NCBI GenBank assembly: GCA_965223905.1
Contig: CBDCXV010000011.1
Span: 1,984,001-2,048,000 of the forward strand
Direction: 5' to 3'
DNA: 64,000 bases
DNA from: Candidatus Latescibacterota bacterium
GTDB taxonomy: Bacteria > Latescibacterota > UBA2968 > UBA8231
The position numbers and the translations under genes were made by a program. How positions within the stretch are numbered: the stretch's first letter is position 1; each line of letters opens with the position of its first letter. Positions 20,901 through 31,300 of this stretch are shown here, one piece after another. The notes under the pieces were generated by a model. The model did no database searches. It saw nothing but the letters and a program-made list of their open reading frames with translations, and was not told where the DNA came from.

Positions 20901-22367
20901 GCGCGCGATGCTGTTGGCGAAGGCCATCGTACGCGGCAGCTGGCCGGGCTGCTCCAGACCCTGGCCTTCGGTGACACCGTTCACGGCCAGCGAGACGCCG
21001 AGCACGCGCGTCATGTCGTTGGTCGTGGGGGCCTGACCGCGCTTGGTCGTCGTGTCGATCTCCTCGAGGCGCCGGCGCAGGCCCTCGGTGACGCTGCCCT
21101 CGCTCACCCCGAGTACGATCACCCGGTAATCGGAGAGCATCTGGTGGTCCACGGCCTTGGCGAACGGAAGCCTGTGGAGTTCCGGCCCGTACACGTCGTA
21201 GTCACCCATGTCGACGACTTCGACTCCCCGTTCGGCGAGCTTGGCTCTCGACCGTTCGGTGTAGAGGCGCGGAGTGGCCGTCATGTAGAGGCGCTTGCGG
21301 GCTTGCAGCCGCGCGTCGTCATGGAACTCCTGGAAGTCGACCTCGCGGGCCCCGCCTGCACGGCGCTTCCCGAGAGTCGCTCCGGTCGTCCTGTGAGCCT
21401 CGTCGGCGATGGCTATATCGAAGACCGGCGCGTCATGAAGCGCCTGAGCCTCGGTGACCCGGCCCAGCGAGTGGTAGGTGCAGAAGACCACGCGGGTTGC
21501 GCCTTCGCCGTCTAGCGACTCCGCGATCTCGGCCGGGTCCGTCGTCACCGGACATTCAAGCTCAGAAATCCGGATATCCTCGTTCTCGTTTCGTCCGCCT
21601 GCGGTGGGATCGGAGCACACGACCATGCATTCAAGCCTGCGCGTCGTCTGCCGGAGCCATTCGCGCCGCGCCTGAGAGACCAGCGCGATGGTCGGGGCAG
21701 CGAAGAGAATCCGCTGTCCGTCTTCGACGATCTCCTCGGCGATGCGAAGGGCGGTGAAGGTCTTGCCCGTCCCGCAGGCCATGATGAGCCGGCCCCGGTC
21801 GTGGTGGGCAAGTCCGGTGACAGCGTCTTCGATCGCCTCGGCCTGAAGAGGCCAGGGCTCCTGCACCGGGCGCCTGGCGTCCTCCTCCTCGACCTGGACG
21901 TTCAGATACTGCCGAAAGTCGACCTGCGTGATTTGGGGATGGGCGTTCTGGATGGCGCGCTCCGCATTCGGCCCCCATCGGCACGTCGCCACGATCCAAC
22001 GCAGGCGGAAGACCGGCTGTTGGGAGCCGCCGAGAAACTTGTCGATCCCGCCCTTGCCGAGAACATGCCGGTCGTCGTAGCACTTGCACTGGATGGCGAC
22101 CCACTCGCCGGAGGTTCGCCGCGCCACGAGATCGATCCCGATGTCCCGTCCGTCGAGTCCGGTCAGAGCCTCGCGCTCGGGCCAGTCGGGCCAGCGCCAG
22201 ATTTCCTCGATCTCGAACTCCGGCTCCTGAAGCGCGACCCGCATGAACAATTGTTCGAACCAGCGCCCCTTCTCGGCCTCGTCGCGGCTGTCCTCGCGGA
22301 TGCGGTCGAGGACGACGCGCGCGCTCGGCCTACCCGCGAGATCGAGGTTCATCTGTGCTTCCGTCAT
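17952..22367 (-). CDS. Type ISP-like single-chain restriction-modification enzyme (Mrr nuclease + SF2 helicase + N6-MTase)
   Basis: DIGIDLVA..AIQCKCY; MACGTGKT, DEAHRT, MTATPR, QAVGRVMRK; GAFYT, DPACGTG, VIMNAPF. Start re-set to ATG 22367. Confidence 0.85.
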   Translation of the reverse strand: MTEAQMNLDLAGRPSARVVLDRIREDSRDEAEKGRWFEQLFMRVALQEPEFEIEEIWRWPDWPEREALTGLDGRDIGIDLVARRTSGEWVAIQCKCYDDRHVLGKGGIDKFLGGSQQPVFRLRWIVATCRWGPNAERAIQNAHPQITQVDFRQYLNVQVEEEDARRPVQEPWPLQAEAIEDAVTGLAHHDRGRLIMACGTGKTFTALRIAEEIVEDGQRILFAAPTIALVSQARREWLRQTTRRLECMVVCSDPTAGGRNENEDIRISELECPVTTDPAEIAESLDGEGATRVVFCTYHSLGRVTEAQALHDAPVFDIAIADEAHRTTGATLGKRRAGGAREVDFQEFHDDARLQARKRLYMTATPRLYTERSRAKLAERGVEVVDMGDYDVYGPELHRLPFAKAVDHQMLSDYRVIVLGVSEGSVTEGLRRRLEEIDTTTKRGQAPTTNDMTRVLGVSLAVNGVTEGQGLEQPGQLPRTMAFANSIARSKWYAEALMESQVLGATTRRMQTGRAMKVTARHLDASASALRRNQELRALAEADRDEECRVVCNVKLFTEGVDVPSLDAVAFLDPRDSQVDVVQAVGRVMRKAPGKRFGYIIIPVVVEPGRDVAAALERGTEGYGTVGRVLRALQAHDGRLAESPANFIKVYEEQKARAPADSSGGGVVREAGDGYLQRELELKEAEQGIYAHVAAASGLGRPGQIVADEIADAVRRASAVLQEESMEGPLAEALDLVPEDDGGSKGICTVAALMLCNACLLQRRLRDEPEMKTIVRLDKVAGARHPREVLEVAWESILEKDYAPVFRPGLAVLGALREGKAIDDAIRMVAECANRVADSLSDLGYDHAGPLYHRILGSAKSDGAFYTNNLSAVMLARLAFTRDLLDWSDPETVAALRIIDPACGTGTLLMATLQTLKARVAETRELSGEDENTLHKRLVEDGLCGLDINQHGVQLAACNMTLGAPTVDYARMNLLTMPHGPQADGTFRAGSLELLNAKAERLDLFEAARPRQSLEDFDAEQVNESEEIRFPLRGVDAVIMNAPFTDNRKRSRKFTAESVKDMQRHELDIRDRLQERDPAAGRVITTNSIRTFFTPLSDQLLRTDRGVLAKVIPATACTGASGVDERRFLAERFHVERIVTTHDPKRINFSENTSIHECLLVCRRHPQGARPATEFVSLRVMPDDAEEAIAAADAIASGAPGGWGSVQRWPADLVSAGDWTPAQWYDGSLAEAAWELERNTLLEPAGLRHEIGPAGQRIQDAYEVCDGEEPGALPGFHSVAGSLRRTLLSEPDVWYRPKAAKRGLADRYKAQRSHLLVPMRLNTVSGRVTGLWTAQPSFGWWVPVAVPGEDRQKSLAAWWNSTPVRLMLLNRRAQTLTYPTWQLAHLREIRIPKPDSPAWTSLRDAFDQVCDTELLPMRQAEECEARKTLDRAAAAALGVDAGILADWRRRLASEPTITNTRAEGPGGNTAS

Positions 22368-22369
22368 GA

Positions 22370-22756
22370 TTACGCCGCCTCGATATCGGTGCGTGCGAAT
22401 TCCTCGCCCTTGAACAGGAGCGGTTCCCCGGTCGTGCGCGCCAGGGCGTAGGCGAAGCAGTCGCCGAAGTTGAGAGCCGCCGGATGATTGCCTTTCCCGA
22501 AGCGCCGCCAGGCGCGTCTCGCCTCCTGGGCATGTTCGGGCATGACTGGTGCCGGATCGATCTCCGCCTTGTCCAGGAAGGCGTCGCACTCGTGACCCGC
22601 CGCGGCGCCGCCCCGGCTCTCCACGACGATGTATACCTCCAGCAGATTGGCCACCGACATGCGGCAGTTCAGTGCCGCGGCGATCGCCTTCTCGTAGCGC
22701 TCCGCATCCGCCTCGCGGAGCAGAACGGCCAGCACAGCCGAGCTGTCGACGATCAC
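22370..22756 (-). CDS. vapC: VapC toxin (PIN domain)
   Basis: MIVDSSA...GKGNHPAALNFGDCFAYA...LLFKG. Confidence 0.92.
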   Translation of the reverse strand: MIVDSSAVLAVLLREADAERYEKAIAAALNCRMSVANLLEVYIVVESRGGAAAGHECDAFLDKAEIDPAPVMPEHAQEARRAWRRFGKGNHPAALNFGDCFAYALARTTGEPLLFKGEEFARTDIEAA

Positions 22757-23010
22757 TTGGGTAATCCGCCCTCGTCGTAGAGTAGATCGCCGTGCTCAAC
22801 CGCGGAGGGGCCCGGGCCCAGCAGCCGAGCACAGCGCTCGGCGATTGCCCGCAACTCCCTTGCACGGGTCTCGGCGCTGCGTTCGCGCCTCTCCCGTTCG
22901 AGACGTTCCCGCAACGCCACGGTGATCGCCTTGGTCTTGGTCTCGCCGGTCAGTCGAGCGAGCTCGCCGGCGAGCCGGCAGGTCTCGTCGTTCTTGATGT
23001 TCAGGCTCAT
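22753..23010 (-). CDS. vapB: VapB antitoxin (Rv0623-like)
   Basis: MSLNIKN...TGETKTKAI..ALRERL...LYDEGGLP; overlaps vapC. Confidence 0.9.
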   Translation of the reverse strand: MSLNIKNDETCRLAGELARLTGETKTKAITVALRERLERERRERSAETRARELRAIAERCARLLGPGPSAVEHGDLLYDEGGLPK

Positions 23011-23229
23011 TTCCGCTTCCAGGGTAGAATTGAGGCGTCGAGTTCTACCCTGATTCTAAGTGGCGCGGCCATCAGGCGCCACACCGGCGCAAGTTACGCC
23101 GGAGACAGCACCATGGGTGCCGCTTCCCCCGCCCCGCGCACCGCCCCGGCGGGTCTCGCGAGCCGGCTTCCCGACGCCGGCCCCTTCGATGTGCCGCCCT
23201 CCCGGCCGGGCTTCCAGGCCTCCGTCGGT

Positions 23230-24432
23230 TCATGGCCGCTCCGTCACCGTTTCCTTGGCCTCCAGCCGCCTGCCCGCCAGGGGATGCATGACCCCGGCGC
23301 CGGCAGGCCACACACCCGGCTCGGCCTTCAGGCCGCGGCAGATGCGCTGCCCGTGAGGGGACAGAGTCTCCCAGATTTCATGGGGCATCGTCTTCCGGAA
23401 CTCCCTGAGTTCGTCGATCCACGCCGGGGCGTATTCGACGTTGGGCATGGCGCGGACTTCGCGGCTCAGGTTGGGGGTGCCGCCGTGCCAGGCCCGGTGG
23501 TCGCGGAACACCCCGGCTCCGGCAGGGGCCCCGACCAACGTCGAGAGGCGCATCCACTCCGGTTCCTCTTCCTGGGAAGGCGGATCGAAAGCGGATGACT
23601 GGGTCGCCGGAATCTGCCTGACCGGCCCGTTCTCCCAGGTCATGTCCGTCATCAGGAAGTTGATTATCACCAGCTGCGGAGTCAGCTCGATTACCTTGCG
23701 CCGGGTCTGTTCGTCGAGGCCGCCCGAGGCGCCGCCGCCGGACAGCTCGACCCCGAGCGACTCGGCCTGCCTGAGGCGGGAAGCCGGCATCTCGTGCGAC
23801 TCCCTGCCGTCGGCGTGGAGGTGCTGGTACTCGATGGCTCCCGGAAGGCACAGGTCGCCCCCTGATCCCGCGCAGAGGTATTCCGGCGATCCGAAGATTT
23901 CGGTGAGTATGGGGGTCGTCGCCGGCAGGTCGACCATCGAGGCCCAGACCGGATCGTGCAGCAGCTGCCGCGAAGCGGAGGAGGATCCGTAGCTGTAGCG
24001 GTGGGGCAGGCGGCCGCTCTCGTTGACGTACTTGCGGCCGTCGCTTCCGGGGATCTCGAGGATCCGGCGGAGCACGCGCGCGCAGCCGGCGCGCCAGCGG
24101 CTCAGTGCGTCCGCGTCGAGGAGGTCGCGAACGACGACGAAACCGTCGCGCCGGAAGATGCGGGCGGCGCGCTCGATTTCGGAGGGCTCGCAGATGTCGA
24201 GACCGCGCATGCCGTTGTGCCGGCGAAGGTGGTCCCGCAGCGCTGCCACATCCGGGTCGTCATGAACCCGGCGGGCGGGAGAGCGCGGGTCGGGATGTCC
24301 GGGGCGCCGCTCCTCCGGAGCCAGGCGGCGGCCCTCGTCGTCGACGAACTCGTTCGGCAGGGTCCGGCCGCACCAGCCGACCGGGCTGTCTCCGTGTACG
24401 GTCAGGGCGTCGAGTTCGGGGGTCGGTGTCAT
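23230..24432 (-). CDS. Phytanoyl-CoA dioxygenase (PhyH) family protein
   Basis: FRRDGFVVV, QHLHAD, ENGP, AWHGGTPN. Confidence 0.88.
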   Translation of the reverse strand: MTPTPELDALTVHGDSPVGWCGRTLPNEFVDDEGRRLAPEERRPGHPDPRSPARRVHDDPDVAALRDHLRRHNGMRGLDICEPSEIERAARIFRRDGFVVVRDLLDADALSRWRAGCARVLRRILEIPGSDGRKYVNESGRLPHRYSYGSSSASRQLLHDPVWASMVDLPATTPILTEIFGSPEYLCAGSGGDLCLPGAIEYQHLHADGRESHEMPASRLRQAESLGVELSGGGASGGLDEQTRRKVIELTPQLVIINFLMTDMTWENGPVRQIPATQSSAFDPPSQEEEPEWMRLSTLVGAPAGAGVFRDHRAWHGGTPNLSREVRAMPNVEYAPAWIDELREFRKTMPHEIWETLSPHGQRICRGLKAEPGVWPAGAGVMHPLAGRRLEAKETVTERP

Positions 24433-24746
24433 GGCGTTACCGCCCCCGGTTCATTTGGCGAGAAGCCTGGTGCCCGAGCGCGTAGTTCCGCGTGAATCCG
24501 GCCGCCGCTGCATCGCGAGGGATAAAATCGCAGTTCAATCCGAACCATTTCATCTGTGCGATTTTTCCCTCAACGCCGGCTCGGGGCGTTCCCTTCCACG
24601 GGGCGTAGGGAAACGCCTGGTACCTGAGCGCGCATTCCCCGTGAATACGGAACCTGCTTCCCCGCACACGGGGCCCTCGTTTGAACGCTTGCTTACGCGC
24701 GCAGGCACTGGCGGAATGCGGCCGGCGCCGTTCTCGCAGCGGCCGC

Positions 24747-25904
24747 CTACGCCAGATCCAGGGCCCACCGGGTAGCCGCCACGTGAGTTACGCTGTCGCC
24801 GAGAGTCATGTAGTACACTGTGAACAGCGAGCCGTCCGAAAGCTCGACCGTCCGCGGATAACCCAGGTCGGCGGACGTGCCTTTCCCCGCCTCCCTCCCG
24901 TCGGTGGTGAGACCGTCGCCGCGCAGCACGATCCCGTCCGCGGGTTCCCAGGTTTCGCAGCCGTCGCGGGACACGCAGGCCCACACCCCGTACGGAGCCC
25001 GCCGGTACCCGTAGCTGCAGAGGACGTCGCCGCTGCCCAGCAGCAGCAGGTGCGGAGGATACCCCCACAATCCGGTATTTCTGATCTCGCTCCAGGTTCT
25101 GCCGCCGTCGTCCGAGTGCGTCTGGAACAGGTACTTCTCTTCATGAGGAATGCGTTTGCTGCCGCTTGCCGTGCGCACCATCGCCACGATGCGTCCGCCC
25201 GGCAGCGCCAGGAGGCTGCTCTCGTTGAACGGATGCTCCCCGCCGTCGTACGCCATCGTCACCATCTCCCAGGTGTCCCCGCCGTCTTCGGAGCGCAGCA
25301 CCCAGGCCCGGAACGGATCCCCTGCCGCGGCGCTGCCGTACACCTGATTGAGAATGGTATCGTCGGCGAGAACGCAGCTCTTCAGGTCGGTCCCGTTGCG
25401 GACCAGGGCGAAGAACGGCAGCTCTTCGCCGCTCCTGAGCAGGCGGTGTTCCCAACCGCTTTCTCCCGGCCGCTTGCTCGACATCCGCAGGCTGTGCTCC
25501 ACGTGGATGCGTTCGGGAAAATCCTCAACCGCAAACCCGCGCCGCGCGAACTCCTCCCTGCGCTCGGGCGGGTACGCGTTGACGGGCCTGGAGATCCTGA
25601 CCTGGGTGCCGTCGCTCAGCACCGCGCTTCTCAACGCCTCCGGGCATTCGCGGTACCGGTCGTCCTTCCCCTGCTCGAACCAGCTGCCCCCGCCGTCCGG
25701 AGAGAACAGCTCTTCGTGACCGGTCGCGCCCCCCGCCAGTCCGCCCGCATGGGAGTGCGCCGCACCTTCGACGCCGCGCGCCAGCGGCGTGTGGGAGTTC
25801 CAGTTGAAACCGACCCAGAGCTCGTCGCCGTCTCTCTTTGCCACGGTCGGGAAGCTGGAATACCGGGCCTCGTCCCGGTACAACACGGAATGGTTCATAG
25901 TCAT
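24747..25904 (-). CDS. BNR/Asp-box sialidase-like protein
   Basis: Four SxDGGxTW-type boxes (SPDGGGSW, SEDGGDTW, SDDGGRTW, SRDGCETW) and DLGYP. Confidence 0.85.
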   Translation of the reverse strand: MTMNHSVLYRDEARYSSFPTVAKRDGDELWVGFNWNSHTPLARGVEGAAHSHAGGLAGGATGHEELFSPDGGGSWFEQGKDDRYRECPEALRSAVLSDGTQVRISRPVNAYPPERREEFARRGFAVEDFPERIHVEHSLRMSSKRPGESGWEHRLLRSGEELPFFALVRNGTDLKSCVLADDTILNQVYGSAAAGDPFRAWVLRSEDGGDTWEMVTMAYDGGEHPFNESSLLALPGGRIVAMVRTASGSKRIPHEEKYLFQTHSDDGGRTWSEIRNTGLWGYPPHLLLLGSGDVLCSYGYRRAPYGVWACVSRDGCETWEPADGIVLRGDGLTTDGREAGKGTSADLGYPRTVELSDGSLFTVYYMTLGDSVTHVAATRWALDLA

Positions 25905-26003
25905 ATGGGTTCACCTGCCATAGATTCGCCTCCGATTGCAAACCGCCAATGATATACAAACCCCGCCGGCGCCCGCGAAACGCGGGTCCGCAGCGAGGGA
26001 ATC

Positions 26004-26520
26004 ATGCAGCCGATAGATATCGGATCGAGCAAACAGCTGTTCTTCGACGACCGCTTCATCGCCACCAGCAACGGAGTGGAACTGGCGATGAATCCACCCT
26101 ACCAGGCCGCCGAGCCGGTGGTGACCGTCGACGCCCCCTGGGAGGACCCGTCCGACACGAGCTTCGGCATCTACAGCAGCGTGCTGGGGGAGGATGACGG
26201 CCGCGTCCGGATGTGGTACCACGTGCGCAGGGCCAGGGAGGATTCCGAGCTCAGCCTCGACCAGGCCTGCGTCGGCTATGCCGAATCGACGGACGGCATC
26301 CACTTCGAAAAGCCGGTGCTGAACCTCGTCGACGAGGGCGGGTCGACCGCCAACAACATCGTCCTCCCGAGCAAGCTCGGCGGCAGCTCGGTCTGGATAG
26401 ACCCCAATGCCCCGGCGGAAGAGCGCTACAAGAACCAGTCGAAGGTCTACAATCCCGAAGTGGCGATGCAGTTCCACATGCACAGCTCGCCGGACGGCAT
26501 CCACTGGAAATTCCTTCGCC
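26004..26520 (+). pseudogene. Beta-propeller GH-like gene, 3'-truncated
   Basis: KQLFFDD, YAESTDGIHFEKP, SSPDGIHW. Homology stops after ~170 aa; the rest of the ORF is not protein-like. Confidence 0.7.
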
Positions 26521-26700
26521 GACGCCCCGGTGCGCTATCTGGATCTCGTCGCCAGCCGGCGCCGCCAGAAAGATGCCGCCAGCGCCCGCCGGCTCAACGT
26601 GGACGCCCGGGGAGCTCGGAACGCCGGCGGCGAACCGAGCGTAGCGGGCTATCAAAAGTAGGTCCAGTTAAATGGATACCCCCATCGTGCGTTATATCGT

Positions 26701-28305
26701 TCAGAATCGCAGTGCGGCGACGGCCGACAGCCGGCCCCTGGGGCCCGGTGCCAAGCCAACAGAGAAGCGGCGCTCTTCATGGAAGCCGCGCATCCCTTCG
26801 GATGCAAACGCAGCCACGACGGCCGGAACGCCAACAAGGACACCGGCCGCTACGGTGCCCGATAAATAGCCAAATACACCTGTACTGGGAAGTTTATCGT
26901 ACGCTCTGTCGTCCAGTTCGCGAACTACTTGCTTACCCACCCAGCTGCCTGCCAAGGCATACATGAGGGTAACTTTGTCGTATGGATCCACAATGGTTAC
27001 GCCAAAGGCTGTCCCGACTAGGTGACCAATTGATGCCCACTGCAAAGGAGGACCTCCTATACAAATGGGAGCGTCTTGTTCTATATCTTCTGCACATCGA
27101 TTGTAAGGAACACCGATCCAAAATCCCGCCACGGCCAATAGAGTGCCCCCATAAGCACCTGCGCCAAATTTGACTGCCAATCTTTTTTTCCGGTTTTCAA
27201 GCCCCGGCAAGTGCTGGCTATACTTGGTAACCAGTCTGCGGCTGGCAGCTGCTTTCAGGCTGTCCTCTGCCACCTTGCTCCGGGGGGGCTCGGCAACGGC
27301 GGTCGCCACGGTGTCCACCGTTCCATCCGTGTCCGGAACAACGTCGAAGGGCGTATCGAGGCTCCCTGGGCCTGAGCCCCCATCTCGAGAGTCCTCATCC
27401 ACCACAATGTCTGCCAGCCGACTCTCCCGGTCCGCCGATGTCAGGGGAAGTGATCCTACCAGGACCAGCGTTTGAATGCGCTTCAGTGCGATCCGATCCT
27501 GCCGTGGATCTCGTGCTCTGGCAAGGGTCAAGTCCTTCGCATCGACAGCTTGAACGTAGCCTCTGGTCGTAACCAGTTGTTCCCACTCCCCCGAGAGCGG
27601 GTGCCGTTCTCCCTGTCCATGGACAACCACGGCATAGGCGCCCACCTTCACCGTGCTGCTGTCGATCTCGCCGGCTTCCAGAATCACCCCGGCCCGTAAT
27701 GCCTCGGCGTCGCCCGCTGCGTGCCCAGAATCTGCCAAGACTTGAAAGTGCTCCAAGGCCATCGGCGCCGCCGGACCATCCCGCCTTTTCACCCGGCTGC
27801 TGGCGATCGCATCGGCGTTGTTCGCCCTGTCTGCCGTCGCCTCCATCTCCCCGCCGGCCGGCGTACTGTCGGTGCGCCCATCCTGGGGCTGGGGACTCCG
27901 CCTCGCTGGCAATCCGTTCGATCGTGCCCTAACGGCCTGCTCCACCCCCCTCCGGGTAGGCGACCCTACCAGGACCAGCGTTTGAATGCGCTCCAAGGTC
28001 ACCGGCTTCGGCCTGCCCTTTCGTCCCATGGCCAGGGTCAACGTCTCCCCATCGACGGCCTGGATGTAGCCGCGGACGGTCTCCAGCCCTTTCCACTCCC
28101 CCGAGACCGGGTGCCGCTCCCCTTGCCCATGGATCACCACCGCAAAGGCGCCCACCTCCACCGTGCTGCTGTCGATCTCACCGGCCTCCAGAATCACCCC
28201 AGCCCGTAGCGCCTCGGCTGGATCACTGGCTGAATCCGCGTACGTAAGAGTGGCTATTGAGAGAAGCGAAATCGCCGTGACCCAAAAGACAAAGATGATG
28301 CTCAT
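26701..28305 (-). CDS. Secreted protein with two copies of an unnamed ~85-aa domain and a hydrophobic Gly-rich C-terminus
   Basis: Signal peptide; EALRAGVILEAGEIDSSTV...RGY..AVD...LTLA...RIQTLVLVG x2; ends LSAVAALRF. Confidence 0.75.
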   Translation of the reverse strand: MSIIFVFWVTAISLLSIATLTYADSASDPAEALRAGVILEAGEIDSSTVEVGAFAVVIHGQGERHPVSGEWKGLETVRGYIQAVDGETLTLAMGRKGRPKPVTLERIQTLVLVGSPTRRGVEQAVRARSNGLPARRSPQPQDGRTDSTPAGGEMEATADRANNADAIASSRVKRRDGPAAPMALEHFQVLADSGHAAGDAEALRAGVILEAGEIDSSTVKVGAYAVVVHGQGERHPLSGEWEQLVTTRGYVQAVDAKDLTLARARDPRQDRIALKRIQTLVLVGSLPLTSADRESRLADIVVDEDSRDGGSGPGSLDTPFDVVPDTDGTVDTVATAVAEPPRSKVAEDSLKAAASRRLVTKYSQHLPGLENRKKRLAVKFGAGAYGGTLLAVAGFWIGVPYNRCAEDIEQDAPICIGGPPLQWASIGHLVGTAFGVTIVDPYDKVTLMYALAGSWVGKQVVRELDDRAYDKLPSTGVFGYLSGTVAAGVLVGVPAVVAAFASEGMRGFHEERRFSVGLAPGPRGRLSAVAALRF

Positions 28306-28330
28306 ATGCCCCCCTCCTACCTTTCGCTAA

Positions 28331-31300
28331 CTAAGACGGGCCCATGATTTGAGCACCCGCACGCACCCGGGAGGTGTACGCCTGACCGTTGCTCAGCTCC
28401 GGCACCGTGTGCGACCGGGTCGACGCCTCGCTGCCGGCGATCCGCTGCCACTCCCCCAGCACCGACCGCCTCACCCGATACTCCCACCCGGTGAGGTCGT
28501 CATTGCCCGCATCGGCCCAGCGCAGCGTCACGGTCTCGTGACCGGTTCCGCACGCAGGTCGGACGGCGCACCTTGTACCGCAGGACCGGCGAACCCCCAT
28601 CCGACACCGGAGCCGTCCAGCGCAACGTCACCCGACTGTCCCCCGGCTCCGCTTCCAGATTACCGGGCGCATCCGGGACGTCGGGCAGGATCACCTGTCG
28701 GGAGAACGAAACCGCTCCGGCCCGGTCGTCCCCCGCCGCGTACTCGTACACCGCCCGCACCTGGAACCAGTACTCTTCCCCGTTCGCAAGGCCCGTTACC
28801 GGGTGCGACGCCGTCGACGCCGTGCTGCCGGGCACGTCCTGCCAATCTCCCCAAGACCCGCGGCCTCTCTGTTGCCGATATTGCCACTCCTCGATGGTCT
28901 CCGCGTTGCCCGGGTTGTCCCAGCTCAGCCTCACCTGACCTGTCCCCGCCTGCGCCCGCAACGGTATCACCGCCACCGAGTCCGACGCCTCCCCCGCCAC
29001 CCCGTCCGCGTTGACCGCCCGCACCCGGAACTGGTACGTCTTCGTCTTGTCCAGGTCACTCACCCTGTGCGTGCTCACGATCGACCGGCGGTCGTCCACC
29101 GCCGCCACCCGGTTCGAAAAGGTCAGCGGACTCGACACCGGCTGACGAACCCCCCGAGAATCCGAGCTCGAACCCGACGTGCCCGAAGCCCCTCCACCGC
29201 CAAGGAGCCGAAATGCCTCGGTCCCGGACTTGCCCCACAACTGAAACCCTTCAAACTGCGCCAGTTCAGTGGGAGAAGCCCCCGGATCGATCAAGTCGCA
29301 GAAGGGGATGCAGCTTCCGACGATCTCAAATTCTTCACCGGTCGTCGGTGCCCCGAACCCCAAAGTCCGAATCCCAAAGCCCCTGACCTTGGGCACTCCC
29401 GGACTCACCCCGTTCTCTGGAAATACACCCGACCAGTCGCTGTCGCCGCGACTGTTGGTAGCCTGCAGTTGATAGCGATACTTCCGGGAGGGGCTCAGCC
29501 CCTCGTGTGGAAAGCTCAGTCTACTGCCGATCTCGTTTCCGGTGGTTGTGGTAACAGGAAGCGGGCAGACATTCCACGACGACCAGCCCACAAGCGGAGT
29601 CAATACCGGATTACTCTGGAACCGCAGCGTATATCCAGTCACCGGCGGGGTGGCCGTAACTGTGTCCCAACTTACCAGAATCTCCCCCAACCGGGCGGTA
29701 GCCGTACCCCCGCTCGGAGCGGTCGGTATGGTGCCTCCAGATAACGTGGCGGAGGCCGGGTGAATGGAAACGGTCGCCCGGCCCACTCTCCCCGTCGATC
29801 CTGCGGGAGATCCGGCCCGCACGCCGGCCGGCAGAGTTCCGAAACCCAGAGCCAGAACCTCCGTGTCTTCGGTCTCGGTATCGTAAAGAGCGGTGAGGGT
29901 CACCCGTTTCGAGTTGTCCCCAACGTCGAATCTCAGCGTGCTGGTACTCAGGGAATAGTCGGAGGCTGTCGCGGGATTTGAATTCAGCCCAGTTAGTCCG
30001 GAATGAATCCCCTGAACCGGAATCGTAACCGTCCGGTCCGCAGGCGGGGTCAGCCGAACGGTTACGTCCACGGCTTTGCCTTCGGTGGTCCCTTCGGCGT
30101 TCGGTTCGACCACTTCGTAGGTCTCCGCACTGAAGGAAACCTTCAAAAGCCCTACCTTCATCGCTTCGGCCGGGGGGCTCCCATCCCCACCGTCGCCAAC
30201 TACGGGAGTATTGACCGCCCGTACCTGGAACTTGTGGAATACTCCGTGCGCCAGTTCCCTAACGGTATACTCGGTGTCAGAAGGTTCCGTGTTCAACATC
30301 CCAGTCCAGCCCCCCCAAGCCCCGAGAGTTTCCACACCTTCCTTGCGCCTGTACTGCCAACCAGTCATCATGGGGTCGTCCGCAACTGGTTGATCCCATC
30401 TCAGTATCACTTGTCCATCACCGGGCTCGGCCGTAAGGCTGGTTGGAGGAAAAGAGGAAGGTGCATTGTCTCGAATCTGGGTATTTTCCAAGGGGGCTGT
30501 CCCACCCGGCATGATACGAATCCCCCCCCCAGGCGTAATTGCCTTGCCAGCTAGTGCCCGATTTCTTACGAAATTGGATTTGATTCCCGGTTTCGGTTGT
30601 TAGGGTTCCATAAACAAAAACCTCGGCGAGGTCGTTGTCTGCATCCCCATGAACTGGAAATTGGTGAATATCTTCTTCTGGTTCGAATTCGATAGCAGTT
30701 CCTGATGCTATGGTCAGCGTTGCACCTGGAAAAATCACGATGTCGCCTCGCAAAGAAACGGTACCACTCCAGGTAACGTCACCGACGATGGGAAAATGAT
30801 GGAATTCTCCTTCCGGAACGTTATCTTTTGACCAGTCCTCATCTCTTGTGTCAATACTTCTCCACCTTGTGTAAAATGGACCACGTGGAGCATCATTATA
30901 TGCATCAAAACAACGTTTTAAACGTTGGGAACCAAAAAGACGCATACACCCAAGACTTTCAAAATTTGCACCCGGTGAATCAACCATAGGAGTTCCCCAA
31001 AGAAGATCAGCTCCCAGCCAGCTCATTTCAGGTTCAAGTCCCATGTTTTCAACCAGGGCTTGCCCCGAATTATTCACATTGGGAAAAGGATCAGGTAACA
31101 TCACAAGTTTGTAGGATTCAGCAATATTCGGGATTGGTCTGGATATTGTAGGGTGTAGAACAATTCCATGTGGGGTCAGATTCTCAGCACCCCCGGCACG
31201 GGTATATATTCCGGGTCTAGGCAAATTCGCATGAGATCCGGCACCGACATAAATGACAGGGTTAGCATTTCCGACGATAGATATGTAGTTTCGAAAATTT

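Noticed and set aside
22368-22865. N-terminal extension of the 1637-aa ORF
   Set aside because: It overlaps vapBC in another frame; the real start is 22367.
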